Below are positions 55,082-64,000 of a stretch of 64,000 nt of DNA, in pieces. The stretch comes from an uncultured Gaiellaceae bacterium (lineage in GTDB: Bacteria > Actinomycetota > Thermoleophilia > Gaiellales > Gaiellaceae). The position numbers were made by a program, and so were the translations under genes. Position 1 is the stretch's first letter; each line of letters starts with the position of its first letter. The stretch covers positions 332,120-396,119 of the forward strand of contig CAWJFZ010000011.1 of NCBI GenBank assembly GCA_963842285.1, given 5' to 3'. The notes beneath the pieces are model-generated. The model searched no databases. It saw only the letters and a list, made by a program, of their open reading frames with translations, and was not told the DNA's origin.

Positions 55082-55552
55082 GCTCCCGGCCGCTCTACGA
55101 CGAGATCCAGGACGTGCTCGCGCAGTACCCGGAGTCGCGCTCGGCGACGCTGCCGGCGCTGCGGCTGGCGCAGGAGCGCTACGGCTGGCTGCCGCCCGAG
55201 GCCTTCCGCGAGGTGGCGGAGGCGCTCGGCGAGTCGCCGGCCTACTGCATGGCGGTCGCGTCCTTCTACGACATGTTCCACCTGCAGCCCGTCGGGCGGA
55301 CCCTCGTCGAGGTGTGCACGAACGTCTCGTGCGCGCTCGTCGGAGCGCAGCAGGTGCTGGAGGCGTTCGAGCAGGAGCTCGGCCTGCACCCGGGCGAGAC
55401 CGACGCCGAGGGCGAGTTCACCCTGCGCACCGTCGAATGCGCCGGCGGCTGCGGCTGGGGCACGGTCGTCGCGGTCAACCACCGCTACCGCGAGCACGTG
55501 AACGCCGCCGACGTCCCGGGCATCGTGGCCGAGCTGCGGGGTGGTGAGCCGG

Positions 55553-55560
<8 letters not shown>
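55078..55560 (+). CDS. nuoE: NADH-quinone oxidoreductase subunit E
   Basis: GTG 55078 overlaps the nuoD stop. The 2Fe-2S ligand pattern is VCTNVSCALVGA ... ECAGGCGWG. Confidence 0.9.
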
Positions 55561-56872
<1,312 letters not shown>

Positions 56873-56876
<4 letters not shown>

Positions 56877-59074
56877 GCGCGCAGCCCACGGCCGAGCACC
56901 GTCACGCTGACGATCGACGGGCGCGAGGTCGAGGTGCCCAAGGGCACCGGCCTCGTCGAGACGGCCGCGTACGCCGGGCATCGAGATCCCCGTCTTCTGC
57001 TACGAGCCGCGGCTCGGGCCGCCCATCGGCGCCTGCCGCATGTGCCTCGTCGAGATCGAGGGAATCCCGAAGCTCCAGGCCGGGTGCACGCTGACCGCCC
57101 AGGACGGGATGGTCGTGAAGACGGCGCAGGCCTCGGAGAAGGCGGCCGAGGGCCAGAACGCGACGCTGGAGTTCATCCTCGTCAACCACCCGCTCGACTG
57201 CCCCGTCTGCGACAAGGGCGGCGAGTGCCCGCTCCAGGACCTGACGTTCCGCTGGGGCCCGGGCTCGAGCCGGATGACGTTCCCGAAGCGGACGCTCGAC
57301 AAGCCGATCCCGCTCTCGCCCGCGATCGCGCTCGACCGCGAGCGCTGCATCCTCTGCTACCGCTGCACGCGCTTCTCGGAGAACGTCGCCGAGGACGGGC
57401 AGCTCGTGGCCCGCAACCGCGGCGCGCTGTCGATGATCACCACGTTCGAGGACGAGCCCTACTCCGGCCCGTTCACCGGCAACGTGACCGAGCTCTGCCC
57501 CGTGGGCGCGCTGCTCCCGACGCAGTACCGCTTCGAGGCCCGCCCGTGGGAGATCCAGAACGTGCCCACGGTCTGCGGGCTCTGCCCCGTCGGCTGCAAC
57601 GTCAGCGTGACGACGCGCGAGGGCAAGCCGAAGCGCGTCCTCTCGCGCAACCACCCCGAGGTCGACGGGGGCTGGCTGTGCGACAAGGGCCGCTTCGCCT
57701 TCGGGCACGTCGCCGCCGACGACCGCATCCGCGAGCCGCTGGAGCGGGTCCGTCGCCGTGGATTCGGCGAGCTCTCCTGGGACGACGCGCTCGATCGCGC
57801 AGAGACGCTGATCCGCGGCGCCGAGGGACGGATCGTGACCGCGCTCTCCGGCTCGGAGACCGTCGAGCAGGCCTATGCGCTCGGGAAGCTCCTCCGCGAG
57901 GGCGCGGGTGCCCACTCCGCCGTGCTCGCGGAGGCGACCTCGTACGCGCTCGACGCGTTCCGCGCGCCGCTCTCGGCGATCGCAAGCGCTGAGCTCGTCG
58001 TCGTGATCGGCGACGAGGCGGTGGCGGACCGGGCGCCGATCGTCGATCTCTGGATCCGGCTCGCGCGCCGCAACGGGGCGCGGGTGGAGCAGGTCGCGGA
58101 CAGCAGCCTGGACTCCGAGCTCGAGGACGCGCTGCGCAGCTCCGAGCACGCGATCCTGATCTGGTCCGGACGCGGCGGGGGCGGCGGCGCGCGGCTCGCC
58201 GAGCTCGCGCACTCGCTCGGCTTCGAAGGGAAGGACGGCTGCGCCGCCTTCCACCTGCCGGCCACCCCGAACAGCCGCGGTGTCGCCGACGCGTGGGCTG
58301 CGGCCGCGGACGGCGAGGAGGCCGACCCGGAGCCGATCGGCCTGCTGATCGTCTCGGGCGACGAGGCTGCTGCCGACCCGGCCGTGCGGGCGCTCGCCGA
58401 GCGCGCGGAGCACGTCCTCGCGATCACGATGTTCCACGGGCTCGCCGTCGGCTGGGCCGACCTCGTCCTGCCCGGCACGAGCTACCTCGAGCGCGACGGC
58501 TCCTACGTCAACCTCGAAGGACGCGTCCAGCGCCTGCGCCGCACGGCGATCCCGCCCGCCCCGGACGAGCTCGCGTGGATCTCGAAGCTCGCCGAGCGCT
58601 TCGGCGTCACGGTCTCGCCGCACGCCTCGGTCGTCTTCGCCGAGCTCTCCGAGAAGCTGTACGGCGGCATCGCCTACGGCGAGGTCGGGGAGCGTGCGCC
58701 CCTGCCGGCCCGAGCGCCCTACGTGGCCCCGCCGCCCGCCCCGGCGGCGCCGTCCGACGCGCTGCCCGAGCCGCCGGGCGAGCACCTGCTCGGCGACCTG
58801 CGCCTGCAGCGCTACCGCCCGCTCTTCTCCGGGCCTGCGGTCGAGCGCACGGCCGAGCTCCAGTTCCAGCGCCCGCCCGCCGAGATCGAGCTCGCCGCGG
58901 ACGACGCCGAGCGCAGGCGCATCGCGACCGGCGACACCGTCAGCGTCCGCTCGAACGGGACCTCGATCGAGCTGCGCGCCCGCGTCAGCCGCGCGCCTCG
59001 CCGCCGGCACCGCCCGCATCGCCGAGGAGCACGCGACCGGCCTCCACCGCGACGTCGAGGTGGTGAAGGCGTGA
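56873..59074 (+). CDS. nuoG: NADH-quinone oxidoreductase subunit G
   Basis: GTG 56873 overlaps the nuoF stop. CRMCLVEIEG, HPLDCPVCDKGGECPLQD, CILCYRCTRF and CPVGAL are followed by a molybdopterin-oxidoreductase-like C-terminal part. There are about three frame changes (near 56900, 56975 and 58990). Confidence 0.93.
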
Positions 59075-60062
59075 ACGAGCCCTGGTGGGTAGTCGATCAT
59101 CAAGGCGGGGATCATCATCAACCTCGTCCTCTTCGGCTTCGCCTACCTGACGCTCATCGAGCGCAAGGTGATGGGCCGGATGCAGCTCCGCTACGGGCCG
59201 AACCGCGCAGGCCCGTACGGCCTCCTGCAGCCGATCGCCGACCTGATGAAGCTGATCCGCAAGGAGAGCTTCTTCCCGGGCACCGCCGTGGACAGCCTCT
59301 ACGTGCTCTCGCCGTTCGTGGCCGCCTTCACGGCGCTCGTGACGTTCGCGGTGATCCCCTTCGGCCCCGGCTGGACGATCTTCGGCACGGACGTCGAGGG
59401 GCAGGTCGCGGACGTCCCGATCTCGCTGATCCTGATCTTCGCGATCGGCTCGGTGGGCGCCTACGGCTTCATCGTCGGCGGCTGGGCCTCCGACTCGAAG
59501 TACGCGCTGCTCGGCTCGATGCGCACGTGCGCCCAGCTCGTCTCGTACGAGGTCTCGCTCGCGCTCAGCGTGCTCGGCGTCGTGCTGATGGCGAAGTCGC
59601 TCTCCCTGACGGAGATCGTCGCCGCGCAGGCCGACGACTGGTGGTTCTTCGTGCCGCAGTTCGTCGGCTTCCTCATCTTCCTGATCGCCGGCACCGCCGA
59701 GACGTCACGCGCTCCTTTCGACCTGCCCGAGGCCGAGCAGGAGCTCGTCGCCGGCTACCACACGGAGTACGGCGGCATGCGCTTCGGGCTCTTCACGATG
59801 AGCGAGTACATCAACCTGATCACGCTCTCCGCGCCTCGCCGTCACGCTCTTCCTCGGCGGCTGGCACTTCCCCGTCCTCGAGGGGCTCGGCCCGCTCTGG
59901 TTCGTGCTCAAGCTGGCGGTGCTGCTCTTCCTCTTCATCTGGATGCGGACGACGCTGCCGCGCCTGCGCTACGACCAGCTGATGCGCTTCGGCTGGAAGA
60001 TCCTCCTGCCGGCGGCGACGCTGAACGCCGTCGTGACCGCGATCCTCGTGGTGGCGATCTAG
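59071..60062 (+). CDS. nuoH: NADH-quinone oxidoreductase subunit H
   Basis: [42 protein letters not shown] and [29 protein letters not shown] are present. There are frame changes near 59095 and 59830. Confidence 0.93.
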
Positions 60063-60075
60063 TGGAGACGCGCTG

Positions 60076-60570
60076 ATGGCCGGCCCGCTCGGAACCGCCA
60101 AGGGCTTCGCGGTCACCTTCCGGCAGATCTTCAAGAAGCCGATCACGCAGCAGTACCCGGAGTTCAAGCGGCCCGTCTACCCGCGCTTCCGCGGCCGCCA
60201 CCGCCTGCACACGCACGAGAACGGGCTGGAGAAGTGCGTCGGCTGCTCGCTCTGCGCGGCCGCCTGCCCGGCCGACTGCATCCGCGTCGTCGCGGCCGAG
60301 AACACGCCCGACAACCGCGTCTCCGCCGGCGAGCGCTACGCGCGGATCTACGAGATCAACATGAGCCGCTGCATCTTCTGCGGCTACTGCGAGCTCGCCT
60401 GCCCCTTCGACGCGATCACCCTCGGAAACGAGTTCGAGCTCTCGGAGCACAACCGCGACGACCTGATCTACACGAAGGACATGCTGCTCGCGCCGCCGAT
60501 CAAGACCGTGCCCGTCGCCGACCCGGACCTCTACGACACCCCCGTGCCCGCCTACAAGACCTCGTCCTAA
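60076..60570 (+). CDS. nuoI: NADH-quinone oxidoreductase subunit I
   Basis: Two 4Fe-4S motifs are present: [12 protein letters not shown] and [12 protein letters not shown]. The 164 aa are uninterrupted. Confidence 0.93.
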   Translation: MAGPLGTAKGFAVTFRQIFKKPITQQYPEFKRPVYPRFRGRHRLHTHENGLEKCVGCSLCAAACPADCIRVVAAENTPDNRVSAGERYARIYEINMSRCIFCGYCELACPFDAITLGNEFELSEHNRDDLIYTKDMLLAPPIKTVPVADPDLYDTPVPAYKTSS

Positions 60571-60581
60571 GTGGCTCACTG

Positions 60582-61124
60582 ATGGGCAACGTCCTCGTCT
60601 GGGCCGTCTGGCTCTTCGCCGCCTTCGCCTGCCTCGGCTCCGGGATCGCGGTCGTCTCCTTCACGAACCCGTTCTTCTCGGCGCTCGCGCTGATCGGCAA
60701 CCTCGCCTCGCTCGCCGTCCTCTTCCTGCTCGCGTCGGCCGAGTTCCTCGCCGCCGCGCAGGTGCTCGTGTACGCCGGCGCGGTGATGGTGATGTTCCTG
60801 TTCGTGATCGGCTACCTCGGCGGCCGCGCCGACGCACCGTTCGCCGGCGGCCCCTCGTGGGTCTCGGTCGGCGCCGTGATCGCCGCCGGAGCGCTGCTCG
60901 TCGAGGTCGTCGTCGTGATCGGGCTGGCCGCGGGCGACTCGCTGACCGACCCGGCCGAGATCGAGGCGGCGTTCGGCAGCCCCGCCGAGATCGGGCGCAT
61001 CTTCCTGACCGACCACCTGCTCGCGTTCGAGATCACCTCGATCGTCCTGCTCGTCGCGGCGGTCGGCGGGGTCATCCTCGGCACGCGCACGCGGGACGAG
61101 GAAGCGCTGGAGGAGGCCGCATGA
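60582..61124 (+). CDS. nuoJ: NADH-quinone oxidoreductase subunit J
   Basis: ATG 60582. AEFLAAAQVLVYAGAVMVMFLFVI is present. The protein is hydrophobic, 180 aa long and uninterrupted. Confidence 0.88.
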   Translation: MGNVLVWAVWLFAAFACLGSGIAVVSFTNPFFSALALIGNLASLAVLFLLASAEFLAAAQVLVYAGAVMVMFLFVIGYLGGRADAPFAGGPSWVSVGAVIAAGALLVEVVVVIGLAAGDSLTDPAEIEAAFGSPAEIGRIFLTDHLLAFEITSIVLLVAAVGGVILGTRTRDEEALEEAA

Positions 61125-61429
61125 TGGGGCCTGATCCCAGCTGGTACCTCGTCGTCTCGGCGATCCTCTTCTCGATCGGGACGCTGGGAGTGCTCCTGCG
61201 GCGCAGCCCGCTCGTCGTGCTGCTCTCGCTCGAGATCATGCTCAACTCGGCCAATCTCGCCCTGATCTCGTTCGCGCGCCAGCACGGCGACCACGACGGG
61301 CAGATCTTCGCGCTGGCGGTGATGGCGGTCGCCGCCTCCGAGGTGGTCGTCGGCCTCGGGATCATCGTCGCCATGTCGCGGCGCAAGCTCGTCCTCGACG
61401 TCGACCGCTTCAGGACGCTGCGCGGATGA
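61121..61429 (+). CDS. nuoK: NADH-quinone oxidoreductase subunit K
   Basis: ATG 61121 overlaps the nuoJ stop. LSLEIMLNSANLALISF ... AVAASEVVVGLGIIV is present. Length is 102 aa. Confidence 0.9.
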   Translation: MMGPDPSWYLVVSAILFSIGTLGVLLRRSPLVVLLSLEIMLNSANLALISFARQHGDHDGQIFALAVMAVAASEVVVGLGIIVAMSRRKLVLDVDRFRTLRG

Positions 61430-61470
61430 CCCAGGTGTCGATGACCCAGGTGTTCAGATGACACAGGGGG
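61426..61470 (+). repeat. Triplicated start-codon context at the nuoK/nuoL junction
   Basis: ATGACCCAGGTGTCG (61426), ATGACCCAGGTGTTCAG (61441) and ATGACACAGGGGG (61458, the nuoL start) follow one another. The first ATG overlaps the nuoK TGA. Copies 1 and 2 form an 11-codon mini-ORF, MTQVSMTQVFR*, whose TGA overlaps the nuoL ATG. Confidence 0.9.
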
Positions 61471-63345
61471 CCTGGATCTGCCTCTTCGCCCCGCTCGCGG
61501 GCGCGTTCGCGATCACCGTCATGGGCGACACGATCGGCCGCCGCACGGCGGGCTGGATCTCGACGCTGTCCGTCTTCGTCGCGTTCGGCGGCGCGCTCGT
61601 GTCGTTCTTCGCGCTGCTCGGGAAGGGCGAGGAGGACCGCTCGCACCTGACCACGGCGTGGACGTGGCTCTCGACCGGGAGCTTCGACGTCGGCATGACG
61701 CTGCTCGTCGACCCGCTCTCGGTGACGATGATGCTGATCGTCTCCGGGGTCGGCGGGCTGATCGTCCTCTACTCGGTCGGCTACATGGACGGGGACGACG
61801 AGGAGCGGCGCTACTTCGCCTACATGTCGCTCTTCGTCTTCGCGATGCTGATGCTCGTCCAGGCGGGCAACTTCCTGCTCCTGCTCGTCGGCTGGGGGCT
61901 CGTCGGGCTCGCGTCGTACCTGCTGATCGGGTTCTGGCACGAACGCGCAGAGGCGGTCGCGGCCGCCAAGAAGGCCTTCGTGATGAACGCCTTCGGCGAC
62001 GCGACGATGGCGCTCGCGTTCTTCGTCCTGATCTGGCAGACCGGCTCGCTGGACTTCGACGCCGTCTTCGCGGCCGCGCCCGGGCTGTCCTCGACGGCAC
62101 TCAACCTCGTCGCGCTCGGGCTGCTCGGCGGCGCCGTCGCGAAGTCGGCCCAGATCCCGCTCCACACCTGGCTCCCCGACGCGATGGAAGGGCCGACGCC
62201 GGTCTCGGCGCTGATCCACGCGGCGACGATGGTGACCGCAGGCGTGTACCTGATCGTGCGCGCGCACCCGCTCTTCGAGCTGGCGCCGACGATCCAGGAC
62301 CTCGCCGCGGGACTCGGGCGCCGTGACCCTCATCGTGGCGGGGCTGATCGCGCTCGTGCAGACGGACATCAAGCGCGTGATCGCCTACTCGACGATGTCG
62401 CAGATCGGCTACATGTTCGTCGCCGTCGGGCTGGGCGCGTACGCGAACGGGATGTTCCACCTGATGACGCACGCGTTCTTCAAGGCGCTGCTCTTCCTGG
62501 CCGCAGGGCTCGTGATCCACCACCTCGCCGGCGAGCAGGACATCCGCCGGATGGGCGGCCTGCGCCACGCGATGCCGAAGACCTGGCTCGCATTCCTCGT
62601 CGGCTCGCTCGCGCTCGTCGGGATCCCGATCTTCTCCGGCTTCTTCTCCAAGGACGCGATCCTCGCCTCGGCGCTCGCGAGCGGCGGCTACGGGATCGTG
62701 CTGCTCGTCGCAGGCCTGATCGGGACGCTGCTGACCGGGCTCTACACGTTCCGCCTCTACTTCATCGTCTTCGGCGGCGAGCCGTCGCCGCTCGTGCAGG
62801 CGCACTCGCATGGGCACGACCATGGCGAGGGCTCCTGGACGATGACCGTCCCGGTGGCGGTGCTGACCGTGCTCGCCGCGATCGGCGGCCTGATCCAGAT
62901 CCCGGGGCTCTGGCATCTCTTCAGCGACTGGCTGCACACGGTCGCCGAGCCGCTCGTCGAGCCGACCACGGCTCAGGACTACGCCGCGAGCGCCATGGCC
63001 GTCGCGCTCGGCCTGGTCGGCATCGGGATCGCCTGGTGGCTGTACGGCGCCCGCCGTGCGGCGGTGCCGCGCAACGCGGCCGCCCAGAACGTCCTCGAGC
63101 ACAAGTTCTACGTCGACGAGCTGTACGACCTCGTCTTCTACAAGCCGGCCGTCGCGATCGCCGGTCTCTGGCGCCGGGGGGTCGAGGAGCCGCTGATCGG
63201 CGGCTCGATCACGGGCATCACCTTCGGCGCGCGCCGCGCAGGCGGCGCGCTCGGCGAGGCGCAGACCGGCTACCTGCGTAGCTACGCGCTCGCGATCGCA
63301 CTCGGTGCAGCCGTCGTCGTCGTCGTCTTCCTGAGCGTGCGATGA
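61458..63345 (+). CDS. nuoL: NADH-quinone oxidoreductase subunit L
   Basis: WGLVGLASYLLIGFW, AVAKSAQIPLHTWLPDAMEGPTPVSALIHAATMVTAGVYL and AYSTMSQIGYMF are present. There is one frame change near 62320. Confidence 0.93.
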
Positions 63346-64000
63346 CGACCGCCCTGATCCTCCTGCCCCTGGCGGGCGCGCTCGTCGTCTGGATCCTGCC
63401 GCTGCCGGGCCGGGCCGCAGGCGCGCTCGCGTTCCTCGTCGCGCTCGCCGAGGTGGCGCTCTGGGCGGTGGCGGTGACGCAGTTCGACTTCGACGGCGAC
63501 CTCCAGCTCGTCGACCGCCAGAGCTGGTTCAGCGACCTCGGCGTCTCCTACCACGTCGGCTTCTTCGGCTTCTCGCTCTGGCTCGCGGGGCTGACCGTGA
63601 TCGTCTGCGCGGCCGCGATCGCCTACGCCTGGTGGGCGAACCGGGAGCGCGCCCGCGCCTACCACGGGCTGATGCTCTTCCTGACCGGCTCGATCGTCGG
63701 CGTCTTCGCCGCCCAGGACCTGCTCCTCTTCTACGTCTTCTTCGAGGCGATGCTGATCCCGATCTACGTCCTGATCGGCGTCTGGGGCGGGCCACGGCGG
63801 GTCGCGGCGACGGCGAAGTTCGTCATCTACACGATGGCCGGGTCGCTGCTGATGCTGGCCTCGATCATCGCCTTCGGCCTCTCGCAGGGCACGTTCGACC
63901 TCGTCGACTCCGGCCGGTCCGACAGCACGTGGATGTTCCTCGGCTTCCTCGTCGCGTTCGCGGTCAAGGCGCCGCTCTTCCCCTTCCACGGCTGGCTCGT
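63342..64000 (+). CDS. nuoM: NADH-quinone oxidoreductase subunit M (5' part, continues beyond window)
   Basis: ATG 63342 overlaps the nuoL stop. FYVFFEAMLIPIYVLIGVWGG..R..A..KF.IYT..GSLLML and VKAPLFPFHGWL are present. There is no stop before the window ends, which is why the ORF track omits it. Confidence 0.88.
   Translation, partial: MTTALILLPLAGALVVWILPLPGRAAGALAFLVALAEVALWAVAVTQFDFDGDLQLVDRQSWFSDLGVSYHVGFFGFSLWLAGLTVIVCAAAIAYAWWANRERARAYHGLMLFLTGSIVGVFAAQDLLLFYVFFEAMLIPIYVLIGVWGGPRRVAATAKFVIYTMAGSLLMLASIIAFGLSQGTFDLVDSGRSDSTWMFLGFLVAFAVKAPLFPFHGWL

Overview
High-GC (roughly 70%) chromosomal segment. Gene content and protein similarity suggest Actinomycetota, perhaps Thermoleophilia or Rubrobacteria-like; this is inference only. 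Housekeeping operons are easy to recognise: tatA-tatC, sufC-sufB-[two VOC genes]-sufD, tRNA-Arg, groES-groEL with a CIRCE operator, a 2-oxoacid dehydrogenase E1alpha-E1beta-E2 operon with lipB and lipA, fumC, fprA, an ErpA-like gene and nuoA-nuoM (nuoM runs off the window). Two accessory regions sit between them. (i) At 10.4-16.9 kb, a TPR-CHAT caspase-like protease, an ECF sigma factor and a soluble 164-aa partner are encoded next to a divergent signal-less S8 subtilase and an orphan LuxR regulator. (ii) At 32.2-47.8 kb, a secreted-hydrolase and uptake island holds two zinc metalloproteases, a sugar-type ABC importer, two tandem ~940-aa BNR/Asp-box propeller paralogues, an Arc-type RHH gene and a small secreted protein. 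No rRNA, CRISPR array, transposase or integrase was recognised. Many conserved genes can only be reconstructed by joining ORF fragments across +/-1 frame changes. By my manual reading there are on the order of 90-100 such changes, and they come in blocks. I treat them as probable assembly indels rather than pseudogenes, so many gene boundaries here are approximate. Other sequence-level oddities are 15-bp tandem duplications at two nuo gene junctions, shared AT-rich motifs upstream of the secreted-protease genes, and a tRNA-Arg with a GCG anticodon.
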